From: Octopus vulgaris
Taxonomy: Eukaryota
Assembly: GCA_951406725.2 (NCBI GenBank)
Contig: OX597817.1
Coordinates: 105,834,001-105,898,000 of the forward strand
Length of the DNA stretch: 64,000 nucleotides
Direction of reading: 5' to 3'
Shown here: in pieces, positions 41,047-54,033 of the stretch
Position numbering within the stretch: the first letter of the stretch is position 1
Layout: each line of letters starts with the position of its first letter
Notes under the pieces: generated by a model
The model's input: only the letters and a program-made list of their open reading frames with translations
Told to the model about the DNA's origin: nothing
The model's database searches: none
Made by a program: the position numbers and the translations under genes

Positions 41047-41607
41047 TAATTTTACCTTTAGGTTTTAATAAGCCACCCTTTTCATTTGTTACACAAACAC
41101 ACACACACATATATGTATGTGTGTGTTCATATACATTCATATATGTGTGTGTTTGTGTTTACACATATATACGCGCTCACACATGTACACACGCACACAC
41201 ACTTACATACATGCGTGTATGTGTGAGAGAGAGAGAAAAAGTATTTTTGAATTTATGTATGAATTTACAGATGTTTTATACATGTACGTAATGCTTATAT
41301 ACTTACATATGTACAGAGAAGCCATACAAATAAACAAGGAATTTGTCAGAGGAAAATAGAAATAAAATTCTTCCGATTTATTTTTACAGCAAAGACAATT
41401 TCTACGGAATAAGAATGAAAGAGAGAAATGAGTTTCCAGAAAACAAATCTAAAATGTTTGTTATGATCGACAAACAAACAAGAATTAAATCTAGAGATTA
41501 TATTAATCTGTAAATAAAGTTTTGAAACACGAAATTAATTCGGTCATTTGTCTTTGAATATAATTAAATCTACTTTTAGCCTCGAATTTCTTTTTAGCTA
41601 TTTTGAT

Positions 41608-41680
<73 letters not shown>

Positions 41681-42736
41681 GCACATCTTAATTGTCTCTT
41701 CCTCCTAATATTCTGTATATCATCTGTACTTTATTTTTCCCATTTTACTATCTCTTCCGCTTCTCTCTCTGTTCTATTTCTATTATCTATCTTGCATCTA
41801 TTTTGACATTACTGTTCTTTTTTTCTTTTTCCTTTCTCTTATCTCCTTTATTCCATTTTTATTTATGTTTTTATTTGGAGCGCTTTCTCTTTTATAGTTG
41901 TTTGTCTAATTTTATTTTATCAAGTCAGGTATACGTTTTAGTGTGCTACATATCTGCTATAGAAAGCTACCTGTTTGTCTTCTGAATCAATTTCTTGGCA
42001 AATCTATCATTATTTCCAAAGAATAGAAGTACAAAAAAGAAAGATGTCTGATGGCTTACGATACTTCGAAACAAATCTCCTGAACATACTGTAAGCATCT
42101 ATTTATTCATATTTCCTACTTTCTACTCTCTATTTAAAGACTTAATCTTTACTGCCAACTGGTGCACCAGATGCCAAATAATGGCAATTAACCAGTGCTC
42201 TGCGTTATTTTTGCTTTCAACTGATAACTAGCCAAAGGAAGAAAGGCACCTTAAGTCACGAATTAACAACTGTAAGACATATTTAATTTCCATACCGGAT
42301 TTCAATAATAAGCGATCTTAATGTATTGGAGTGAATTCCATATTATCCAAAACATTAATGTTGGACCTAAGAAAGGAACACATTGATTAATTAATATCAA
42401 CGTATTCTCCGGCATACAAGTCAATGTTGTCTTCTTTTGACTGTAAATTTTGATCTGAAATATTCGACTTGCATAATGGAAAATACGGTATATCTTCAAT
42501 ATTCTCTCTTTTTTTTTTTTTTTTTTTGTAAGAGGTGGTGAAATAGCTGAGCCGTTAGACTCCTTTGTTGTATCTCTTTCGACTCTTAGCTTTCTGAATC
42601 TAATCTCACTGATATCAACTTTTCCTTGTTATCCTTTCGGGGTCGATAAATAAAGTAGCAATCTAGGACTTGAAAAACCAATGAAAACCTTTTTTTTTTG
42701 CTTCCATCAGAAAACTAGCTGCCTCAATCACATTTT

Positions 42737-42807
<71 letters not shown>

Positions 42808-42840
42808 AAAGACGTGGTGTATTTCCACGCAAGAAAAAAT

Positions 42841-43677
42841 ATAGGCAAATTTGTTGTTGAAAATACACCTAAATTTGAAAAATTTTCTTGTAAATTTATT
42901 TGCATATATACCAAACTAGTTTCAACAATATTTTTTGTTTATCAATAGTAAAAAATTAGAATTATGAATTAGAAAAACATGTTTAAAAGTTTCAATGTTG
43001 ACAAGTTTAAATGTTCATAACGGTCAATAATATAAAAACTGTTGATCAACTTATTTAAATTCACAAAATTCAGCGAAAGTTCCTGCACACGACGGAAAGA
43101 GAATCAAAGAAACTGTAAACCAAATTCCCCTTTTTTTTTTACTATCTTCATTTCTCCCTTGTTTTTCTCCCTCTTAATTCAGTATGACTGAAACATCTAT
43201 AGTGTTAGTAGTAGTAGTCATCAAGAAATGAATATAATCAAAGTTTCAGTCATACTGAATTAAGAAGGAGAAAAACAAGGGAGAAATGAAGATAGCAAAA
43301 AAAGGGGAATTTTGTTTACAGTTTCTGTGATTCTCTTTCCGTCGTGTGCAGGAACTTTCGCTGAATTTTGTAAATTTAAACAAGTTGATCAACAGTTTTT
43401 ATATTATTGACTGCTATGAACACTTAAACTTGTCAACGTTGACACTTTTAAACATGTTTTCTTAATTCATAATTCTAAATTTGTTTATTATGAACATTTA
43501 AACTTGTCAACATAAAAACATTTAAACATGTTTTTCTAATTCATAATTCTAAATTTTTTACTATTGATAAACAAAAAATATTGTTGAAACTAGTTTGGTA
43601 TATATGCAAATAAATTTATTTTAAGACAATTACAAGTTTTTCAAATTTAAGTGCATTTTCAACTGCAAATTGGCTTA
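42841..43677. repeat. ~840-bp foldback palindrome between (TA)n tracts
   Basis: Arms ~42841-43195 and ~43243-43677 are reverse complements (ttaattcagtatgactgaaac / gtttcagtcatactgaattaa); right arm has an internal ~70-bp tandem duplication. Confidence 0.9.
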
Positions 43678-43777
43678 TATATATATATTGCAAATTCACT
43701 AACAAGATATCGGTCGGTCCGGGTTATCGTAGGAGATATTTCTCCTGCGAAGTGGGTCACATAGTCATGTCTGCACT

Positions 43778-43881
<104 letters not shown>

Positions 43882-44070
43882 TACTGACAAGGCAAAGCAT
43901 TTCTAAACGCAAAGTCAGAAATCCGGGATCTAGAATTCTCCAGTAATTTTTTACTAGTTTCATCATGTCTCTCTGGGTTTTTTTCCATGTTGCTATATGA
44001 AAACTTAAGGTGGTTTAGAGTCGGTTCATGGCTGCTATTTTCAGCATGGTGGTATCTCGTAGATACCCTA

Positions 44071-44110
<40 letters not shown>

Positions 44111-44223
44111 GTGTGTGTGTGTGTGTGTGAGTGACTGTTGTAGAGTTCCTAGTATTCCTTATATATGTATGTACATAAAAATATATAATTTATATGTATA
44201 TATATATATATATATGTATATAT

Positions 44224-44263
<40 letters not shown>

Positions 44264-45094
44264 TGTGTGTATGATGAGCGACGGATTCAAGTATAAAATC
44301 AAAAGCGACGAAAGACAAAGAAACTTAGTGTGAATAGTATTACTCCGACAATCGGTGAAAGTTTAACAGGGAAAATTATATGTATAAATCTAAAGTTTGG
44401 AGCATGTCTTTATACAGAGATATATACATAGATACATACATACATGCATACATACATATATACATACATACATATATACATGCATATATACATACAACAT
44501 GCATGCATGCATGCATACATACATATGTACATATGTGTGCGCGTGCGCTCTTGTGAGTGTGTGTATATAGTAAGTTGAAAAACGTGTATTAGTTGAGTTT
44601 TTTTTGCTAGTATAAAAACCGCCGCTTGTGAGGGTGGGTTCAAAGTGTTCTAAATCTAAAAACAACATCCGAGAAGAGATAACTTTAATAATAACAACTA
44701 TTTCAAATCTCTGAAAACAAAAAGACACTGCAGTTTGAAATGGATCTTGCTTTTAATGTGAGCTGGTTACAGCAACAGATTTTATTAGATCTTATCAGCG
44801 AAGCGTATTCACCTCTTTGGGGTGAGAATGAGTGTATGCGTGTGCACGGTATTCGGTTGGCACAGTTTCGCATTAACGCGGTTTGATTCAATTTTTTCTT
44901 CTGCATTTCCATTTCGATTTTCCTTTTCCTTTCATATTGCTTTTCCTGCCTTCTTTAGTGATGCACGTCACACTCTAAACAAACGCTTATATTAAAAACG
45001 AGTGTGTGTGTATGTGTGTGTGCGTGTGCGTTTGTGTGTGTGTGTGTGGGGGGGGTGATGTGTTTGTGTGTGTGTGTGCAAGCGTATGTGTCAT

Positions 45095-45390
45095 GGTGCG
45101 TAGCCGAGCGATAATAGTGCAGAACTCATGATCGCTAGATCATGGGTTCGATTCCCTGACCGGGAGACGCATTGTGTCATTGGGCAAAGCAATTTCACCT
45201 CACGTTGCTCTCCGATCACTTCGACATCTGACGTGTGACATACTGTACACTTGTTCAAGCAATGGCGATTCGATGGCGGGAGTGAGTTCAAGCATAACGC
45301 ATATATTTGATCAGTATAAGCAAATCATTTGTGCAGATCATCCATCAAAAAGAGCTGAACACTCATGCGTCGTTTTTGACAGGAGACTTC
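45095..45390 (+). mobile_element. SINE family C
   Basis: gggttcgattccc B-box, tgtgtcattgggcaaagca, body homologous to 8595-8885. Confidence 0.8.
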
Positions 45391-45769
45391 ACATACATGC
45401 ATGCATACATACGTACGTAAGTACCTACCTACCTACCTCCATCCATCCATCCATCCATACATCCATACATCCATCCATACATACATACATGACAAGCCAT
45501 TCCATTCCAAAACAATTTGCTTGGTATTTATTATATTATCGATATTGTATAAGTTTATATATTGTACTATTTATGTATGTATGTATGTATGTAGGTATTC
45601 AGTTTGACTCGCAACATATGGAATAGACTGACTCGTGGTTGTAAGAGATGACATTTTCCCAAGTTGTGTCGAAATGTGATCGAACGTGCGACCTCGTGCT
45701 TGTGAAGCGAGCTTCTTAACCGTTCGGCCAAAAGCAACATCTGCTATTGATATATTATTTCAGCAATGT

Positions 45770-45950
45770 AACTAGACGTGTGTCGTTTTGCGATTTCTTT
45801 TCCCTCTTTGGACTTTTCCCTTTTTCCTTTCCGACAAAGAGCTACGCTCGAAACGTCAAACTCTCTTCTATCGCCGATCCTAATGCTAATACATTTCTTA
45901 TGCACGTCCTCATGTTATCAGTTTTTATTCGTTTATTTGAATTGACTACA
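45770..45950 (+). mobile_element. PLE pLTR-like fragment with decayed HHR (45828-45860)
   Basis: uuu-CCGACAA-a-gagc uac gcuc-GAAA-C-GUC-aaa; same family as 10984 and 55565. Confidence 0.6.
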
Positions 45951-45965
45951 TATATATGCATATGC

Positions 45966-46001
<36 letters not shown>

Positions 46002-46015
46002 GGTAGGCATGTATG

Positions 46016-46059
<44 letters not shown>

Positions 46060-46068
<9 letters not shown>

Positions 46069-46315
46069 GAAATGAAGAAAATGCTGACAAAATAATTTAA
46101 GTAATTTAAGTAATTTAATTAGGTGAAAGTTCTTTTTACCGGTTGCGCATTTGTTATGCTTATCAAAATATATTTTTTAAAGAATCTCTCTTTAAAAATA
46201 TATATTTTGATAAGCATAACAAATGCGCAACCGGTAAAAAGAACTTTCACCTAATTAAATTACTTAAATTACTTAAATTATTTTGTCAGCATTTTCTTCA
46301 TTTCCTTTTTATATA
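46060..46315. repeat. Near-perfect ~255-bp palindrome; each arm carries an HHR-like motif
   Basis: Arms are essentially exact reverse complements; UUGAUAA-gcau aacaa augc-GCAA-CCG-GUA at 46207-46236 and its mirror. Confidence 0.9.
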
Positions 46316-46344
46316 TCACAACTCGTGTTCCACATCTCCTTTTT

Positions 46345-46385
<41 letters not shown>

Positions 46386-46752
46386 CATGTGTGTATATAT
46401 ATATGTGTGTGTGTTTATATATAAATACATACAAAATAGAACAATATATAAACTTATACAATAATGATGATATAATAAATTTGGGAACACGGCTGTTATT
46501 ACATAAACCTAATGATTGCGAAACGCATAAAAATACTAGTTCATTTCAATATTGCAAAATTGTAAAAATTGCAAATAATGAAACGTGAAGACCAGACTTA
46601 GTTGGAATTTCATTGATTAATATATTCTTCTATACACAGACATACAAACACGGATATACATACATACATACATACATACATACATACATACATACATACA
46701 TACATACATACATACGTACATACATACATATATACATATATGTGTGTGTGTG

Positions 46753-46785
<33 letters not shown>

Positions 46786-46863
46786 TAATAATAACAATAT
46801 GACAACAAAACAATGAATGAGACCTCGATATTATACAAATAGAGGAATTTATCTATAAATATA

Positions 46864-47125
46864 TGTGACAGTTAATTGGTTGTCAATATAACACTCAGAG
46901 TTGCGGATGCCGGTGCTGAAGTCTGCTCCGGCATCTCATCAGTTATTAAGATAAACCTCAAATTGTGATAAATCTCGCTTTCTTTTTTTCCTAATGGCTT
47001 TAAACCAGTCAACGACTTCTATACTATTGGACCATTGGTTTGTCTTAATAACTGATGAGATGCCGAAGCAGACTTCAGCCCCGGCATCCGAAACTCTGAA
47101 TTTTATTATGACAACCAACTAATTG

Positions 47126-47130
<5 letters not shown>
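46864..47130. mobile_element. Inverted pair of HHR-bearing arms (~94 bp each)
   Basis: Right arm uaauaa-CUGAUGA-gaugccg...cggcauc-c-GAAA-cucuga-AUU-uuauua (47046-47108); left arm is the mirror with different substitutions. Confidence 0.85.
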
Positions 47131-47205
<75 letters not shown>

Positions 47206-47982
47206 CTCGGATATATATACAGAGCTAGAGAGAGAGATACATACACACACACAAACATACGCGCGCGCGTGCACACTCCGGAAACATACATACATACATA
47301 AACGCATGTGTGTCTGAGCATACGCGAAAGAGAGAAAGAGACAGAGAAAAAGAGATTTAAAAAATTATTCAAGTTCTTGAACTAATTACCATTATATAGG
47401 AATTTATATGTAAAGATTTTTACATATTCAGTCTGTAGTTTATGTAGTCAGTGAAATTCAAGAAAGAAAAAAACACCTATGTATATTTCCATGTTAGTGA
47501 AATGAAATATATAGTACTTTTGTTAAATCAATGAATGATTTTTATGTATTTTGCAGATGACAGTGAGTCTACTTCATGTCTACGCAGCAGTTAATGGTAA
47601 ATAATGTTTCATGAATATATTCGTTAATGATGTAGTCAGAAGCTACAATTGGTGAATGGTAAAGAGAGAGAGAGAAAGAGAGAGAGAGAGAGGGGAGATT
47701 TTTAATTAAAGTTACATAAAACTTTTTAAATTTTTGTTTGGAAATCTCTGGAAAAACTGAAGATTCTTATTATTTTAAAGAAACAGACTAAATAGTGTCT
47801 GCAAATTACATAATCAGTAAACATTTAGAATATATGAGTATTTTTATTTCATCAAAGTAAGTAGAAAAAGTAAAATGACCACAGACAACTATTCTAACGA
47901 TGCTTATTTGGAGGTTGTGAATCTTCAGAGAAGTAAATGCAACTCACTACATGGGAGGTATTTAAAGCTTCTTTATTTATTA

Positions 47983-48306
47983 CTAGCAGTATCGCCCGGC
48001 GTTGCTCGGGTTTGTTTCGACCCTTTAGAATTGGAATTTTTGAAAAGTAAATGGCGTCACGGCAGTCAAAAAATCGTAAAAAATATGGATTTTCATAGAA
48101 AATAAGCACCTTTTTTATATAAATAATTTTTAGTGTTAACATGGTCCGATTTGAAATTTTTCTTCTACGGAAGGAAGAACAAGCCTTCTTCTATCATACT
48201 CTCAATTTTGGTCAACTTGCGCCGCAGGGTCTCGGAGGAGATAGTGTTAGTTGAAGGCTACCAAAACTGCCATACACAGACAACTTCAGCTTTATATATA
48301 GAGAGA
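47983..48306 (-). mobile_element. Non-autonomous Helitron
   Basis: 5' A|TCTCTCTATATATAAAG; 3' hairpin cccgagcaacgccggg then CTAG|T. Confidence 0.85.
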
Positions 48307-49814
48307 TATATTTATTGTACACCGAGTCACTCATTTGCAGGATGCTTCAGACTAAAATGCATATGACACAGTTGTTATGAAATTAAAAGAAGGGGGTCTA
48401 GTGATTGACAGAAGAGTATTTGCTAAAGCTTTGAGAGAAAAGATTGCAAACTTAAATTTATGTTACCGATTATCAGTCGTTGTTAATAATATATTTAGTG
48501 TAATATTTTTTTAAATCCTAAACAGGAACATTCGAAACGTTTCTCCTTTATTGCAAACAACAACGTTAACTGCTGACTGCTACAAAGCAATAAAACCACA
48601 GCAATATATCTTCCTTTAAATACATTACTTTTTTTTTATTTTAACTTTGTGGGGGCTCTCATAAAATGAAAAGAAATCTTGACAGACACGATAATGCAGC
48701 TTTTCTTTGTTAAAATACTCCAGAACTAAACGGAAACGAAATAAAAGAGCTGTAAAATTTAAAACTTGGGAGGCAAGCCATTGTATTCATAAAACTGTCG
48801 TTTGTTAGAGAATTGATTATGAGAGGGAGATGTCGAAATAAAGTTTGTAGCTAAGGTTGTGTATGGTGGATAGTTAAATTTTTGTGTTTATTATCATTAC
48901 ATTCCTCAAAGCAAAATTAACGTAGAACAAATTAGTGCAAAACAAATCAAAAAGGAAATTAGAGTAGACACTAATAAATTACAAGAAGGAATTATTAATG
49001 TATTATTCTTAAACCAATGCAATTAACATACTTTTATTCCAGTAGAGTATACCTTAACAATATAGTCTCCAAAGTAAATTAATTATTCTTATGCAAATTA
49101 ATTGTTACCTATAAATCTTGCACTACATTTCAGCGTAGATTTCCTAAGAATTTGGTCATGCTTATTTTGTTTAGTCTGACGGCAATTTAGTAAGGCTTTT
49201 TGAATCAACTCCATTATAGTCACGAGAATAAAATAAACCAAACTCAGCCCTAAGTGGATTTGAGCAAAAATGTGCCGCATCAAATGACATACTCATCCAT
49301 TAATCTAAAACACTTCATCCATAATCCTCAGCTTCCAGCCAAGCCAACCAGTTAGTAATAATATGAGTAGAAATATTACATAATCATTAAGTATCATAAA
49401 ACTTAATGAATATGTAATGATGTTTCTATTGACATGTGAATGAATCAACATTCTATTAAGCACATACATACACACATACATACATACATACATACATACA
49501 TACATACATACATACAAATGAGCGTGCATGCAAACGACGTCTGTGTGTGTGTGTGTGTTTCTACTACCACTATCGATTGACAACCAATGTTGCTGTGTTT
49601 ACGTTACCATAACTTAGCGGTTTGGCAAAAGAGTCTAATAGAATAACTACGAGGCATACAATGTTCGACCAAAAGCGGTGCTCCAGCATGGCCGCTGTCA
49701 GATGACTGAAACAAGTAAAACAAAAAAAACTATGCCATTTTAATCCCGAGCGAGGCTGGGTATCTCTGCTAGTATATATATATATATATATGTAGGCGTA
49801 GTATATATATAATA

Positions 49815-49933
49815 GGCGTAGGAGTGGCTGTGTGGTAAGTAGCTTGCTTACCAACCACATGGTTCCGGATTCTTCTGCTATAGCCTTGTGAGTGGATTTG
49901 GAAGACGGAAACTGAAAAAAAAACCGTTGTATA
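49815..49933 (+). mobile_element. SINE family A head; tail continues at 51481-51690 after the Helitron
   Basis: ggagtggctgtgtggtaagtagcttgcttacc...gacggaaactgaaa; matching tail directly after CTAG at 51480. Confidence 0.8.
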
Positions 49934-51480
49934 TCTCTTATTATAAAAGGCAGATTTTATCTGCCTCCCTTTGGGAGTTATACAAATCTACAATATAGGA
50001 TTTCTTCAATTACAATTTACCTGGCATTTTTAAGAGTACAATGCATCGCGTCATGCCAGGTCCAGTTTTTAAAATTTAAGCTCCAATTAAGCAAAATTTA
50101 CAGAAAACTCACATTCTGGTGTGTGTGTGTCAAATGCTTTTCTTAGTCTGGTTTACACCACACGCAAACGCACACACACAGTGGGCAACGAATAAAATGA
50201 AAGTAAATAGCGACAGAGTGATTTGAGGAAGACTAAACTGAAAGTGTTTAAACCACTACTCAAAAAATTAAAAAACACAGCAAACAGAAACAAATAAATA
50301 CATAACCATTTAATCCTCACACAACTTCTTCAATTAGAATTTACCTAAGATTTTTCAAAGTACTCCATTCGCTCACGCCATAATATATTTCTTTCAATTT
50401 CACCCCCAATTAAGACAAAATTCGAGAAAACTCAATATTTTAACATATCACTCCGAAAGCATTGATGTACATGTGTGCGTGCGTGAGTGTGTGTGTGTCA
50501 TTCCTCACACACACGCATACACACATATACATATACAACTACATACACATACAACTACATACAAACACGTGTGTGTTTGTTATTAGTAAAAAAGGCGCAA
50601 AAACACAACTCACTTATCATTCCAACACATTTGCAAAGACACACGGAGGACAGAAAAGGTAAATTGGTTTTTATTTTACTCTGTATATATTTTATTATAT
50701 AATATTATATATAGATATATGTATATATAATTGCAGTATGAAACAGTGTTTATGTATAAACAGACGACACTTATATATAGTTACCAAGCCGTCCGAATTT
50801 ACCTATTCATATTTAAATGAGAATATCAGAGCAAATCTCTTTAGTACATTCGTGAAAACACGTATTATACTTCGTAAACACTTCAACTACAGTTTTGTAC
50901 AAAAATCGAAGTGTAATTTTAATTCCGTGAATTATGGGAGATTTTTTTCCGAAATTTGTTCCTATTGTGTTTTCAAAATTTTTAATTCTGACAAAAAATG
51001 GATACGAATTTCATTATATCAAGCAGCGAGTCAGAATTCGAAGGATTTTCTACTGAAGACCTTCATAAATCTAACTCTATGACTGAAAAAAAAAAGCATC
51101 TTTATATAAGAGTGAAGTTGTGTGTCTGTCTCCTACGATTTAGATTCCTAACTACTCCCACATTTTGCAGTGCAGTTTAACCAAAAGCGGGTATCTTATA
51201 GTCGTGATTCATATCGAGCCCTTCTGGGTATTAGCGTGCGTCTACGATGAGTCTACGATTTAAAAAAAATTACCATCATATTTTTCCATTTTAATGCATT
51301 TTTTTCGCTTTTATATAAGGGAAGTAACTCTCTAAAAATATCTACGATGTGTCAACGATTTAAAAAATATTTACCTTAATTTTTTTTCAATTTTTAATGC
51401 ATTTTATGGCTATAACTCTCTAAAAATGCTTATATAGTTATTTCCCTTACAACCCGAGCAACGCCGGGCGATACTGCTAG
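49934..51480 (+). mobile_element. Composite non-autonomous Helitron (two 5' ends, one 3' end)
   Basis: A|TCTCTTATTATAAAAG at 49934; second A|TCTTTATATAAGAGTGAAGTTG at 51099; cccgagcaacgccggg...CTAG|T at 51480. Confidence 0.8.
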
Positions 51481-51690
51481 TATATATATATATATATATG
51501 TTTGTGTGTCTGTGTTTGTCCCCCAACATCGCTTGGCAAATGATGCTGGTGTGTTTACGTCCCCGTAACTTAGCGGTTCGGCAAATGAGACCGATAGAAA
51601 AAGTACTAGGAGTCGATTTGCTCGACTAAACACGGTGATCCAGCATGGCCACAGTCAAATGACTGAAACAAGCAAAAGAGTAAAAGAGTA

Positions 51691-51812
51691 TGGGGTGTAT
51701 GAAAAGTTTTGAGCCTTCAAACCTTTTGAGCTTTGAAGTCTTGTGCCTTCATCAGATGTCTTGTACCATGCTTTGCATCTTTTGAGGTTCGAGACTTTTC
51801 ATATACCTTCGT
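51691..51812. mobile_element. Tiny mariner-type MITE
   Basis: ggtgtatgaaaagttttgagcct / aggttcgagacttttcatatacc inverted ends. Confidence 0.6.
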
Positions 51813-51813
51813 G

Positions 51814-51862
<49 letters not shown>

Positions 51863-51910
51863 CATACATACACACACACACACAGACACACATATATACA
51901 TATACATATA

Positions 51911-51948
<38 letters not shown>

Positions 51949-52161
51949 TATATGTATGTATATATATCTATATACATACTCACACGCACGTGTGCATATA
52001 CATGCAAACACACATATATACATATATATGTCTACGCATACACGCACATACACACGCATATATACCTATGTACGCATCACTACGCTCATATATACATCTC
52101 TACATGCACACACACATACATACGCGGAAAACGTATTTTATGTATATATATATATATATAT

Positions 52162-52941
52162 ATAACATAAGGGACTAAAGCCATCTGAATATGGCTAGGG
52201 ACAGGGCAGGGTGGTGGGGGTGTTACTGTTGCATTTAGCCCCAGGCGAACATCAACGTCGCCAGATAGGCTTGACACCATCACGGCGTCCTTTATCCTGC
52301 AAAGGGAGATAATTCCCCGATGAAGCGGAAACCACACACGGACGTAGGTTTCAAGGTGTATTGCCTATCATCAACGTGTGGTAGGCCCCCGCTTCCTCGA
52401 CGAACAACCCACTCTGCAGGATATTTATATATAGATTTTCAAGCAAAATACATTTGCTGATTTCGAAAATCTGTTCGACAGCAATAATAATTCTCTAAAT
52501 GAGATATAGACAGTAACTGCTCCATAACATAAGGGACTAAAGCCATCTGAATATGGCTAGGGACAGGGCAGGGTGGTGGGGGTGTTACTGTTGCATTTAG
52601 CCCCAGGCGAACATCAACGTCGCCAGATAGGCTTGACACCATCACGGCGTCCTTTATCCTGCAAGGAAGCGGGGGCCTACCACACGTTGATGATAGGCAA
52701 TACACCTTGAAACCTAGGTCCGTGTGTGGTTTCCGCTTCATCGGGGAATTATCTCCCTTTGCAGGATAAAGGACGCCGTGATGGTGTCAAGCCTATCTGG
52801 CGACGTTGATGTTCGCCTGGGGCTAAATGCAACAGTAACACCCCCACCACCCTGCCCTGTTCCTAGCCATATTCAGATGGCTTTAGTCCCTTATGTTATG
52901 GAGCAGTTACTGTCTATATCTCATTTAGAGAATTATTATTG

Positions 52942-52943
<2 letters not shown>
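52162..52943. mobile_element. Retrozyme/PLE-like 362-bp unit: ~1.4 tandem copies followed by an inverted ~0.8 copy, inside (TA)n
   Basis: ataacataagggact at 52162 and 52524; inversion at ~52664; copies nearly identical; HHR at 52335-52380 (-) and 52681-52726 (+). Confidence 0.85.
52681..52726 (+). ncRNA. Type I hammerhead ribozyme variant (U3)
   Basis: CACACG-UUGAUGA-u-agg caauaca ccu-u-GAAA-CCUAG-GUC-CGUGUG: 6-bp stem I, palindromic ACCUAGGU stem III, GUC triplet. Confidence 0.75.
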
Positions 52944-53012
<69 letters not shown>

Positions 53013-53280
53013 TGTATGTATGTATGTATGTATGTATGTATTTTCTATATGAATGTATGTATGTATGTATGTATGTATAACAAATTCTAGTTATTCATCG
53101 TAGTAGATCTCCGTTGCACATAAACTTAGAACTTAGCATATACTAATATTTATACAAATAGTAAAGATATAAAGAATGTAAGAAATATATATGTAGGCAT
53201 ATATAAATAGATATGTGTGTGTGTGTGGTGTGTGTGGTGTGTGTGTGTTGTGTGTGTGTGATATATATACATATATATAA

Positions 53281-53348
<68 letters not shown>

Positions 53349-53557
53349 TATACACACATATATATACTACACAGGTAGAGTATTCTAGGAATTGTTTGCC
53401 AGTTTGTAGAATGTGAATTCACGGTACTTATGCATGTATATATATTTAACCTAACTTCTGGGCTTATTTTACTGGAACTATCCAAACAATAGTAATCAAT
53501 TTACACAAGTAGAAGTTTTTTTTTGAACAATTTTTATCTTGAAAATCATCTTCTAAT

Positions 53558-53786
53558 TTTGTTTAAAAGTGAAAGAGAAGAGAAAGTGAAAGATGTATCA
53601 ACGTATATATGAAATGGATGTGTGTGTGTATATGTGTGTGTATGTGTGTATGTGTGTGTGTTTGTGTGTATGTGTGTGTGCTTGTGTGTCTCTGTGTTTG
53701 AGAGGGAGAAAGAGAGTGTGCTACTTACACATAAATGAGAATACACACGTTCACTCACACTCTCCCTCCCCCTGTCTCTCTCTCTC

Positions 53787-53818
<32 letters not shown>

Positions 53819-54033
53819 AAACACACACATACACACGTACATACAAAAATGATGTGCGCATATGTATTGATGTACGTATTTATACAGGACAACACATCCC
53901 TTCACTCACTCTCTCTTTTTCTCTCTCTCTTCCCTTCTCTCTCTCTTGCCCTCTTTCTTTCACACACGCACGTTCATTTCATATACACGTACATACATCT
54001 TTCACTTTCTCCTCTCTTTCACTTTAAAACAAA
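53558..54033. repeat. Diverged inverted repeat enclosing microsatellites
   Basis: tttgtttaaaagtgaaagagaagagaaagtgaaagatgtat / atacatctttcactttctcctctctttcactttaaaacaaa. Confidence 0.8.

Noticed and set aside
51745-51765. CTGATGA on the minus strand inside a small MITE
   Set aside because: No matching GAAA, stem III or stem I
52770-52840. Possible HDV-like ribozyme (ggggctaaatgc resembles J4/2)
   Set aside because: Could not build P1, P3, L3 and P1.1 of the nested double pseudoknot
52086-53080. Three similar ORFs (CRIKDAVMVSSLSGDVDVRLGLNATV...) suggesting a gene family
   Set aside because: They arise from the repeated non-coding 362-bp unit; no protein motif or splice structure
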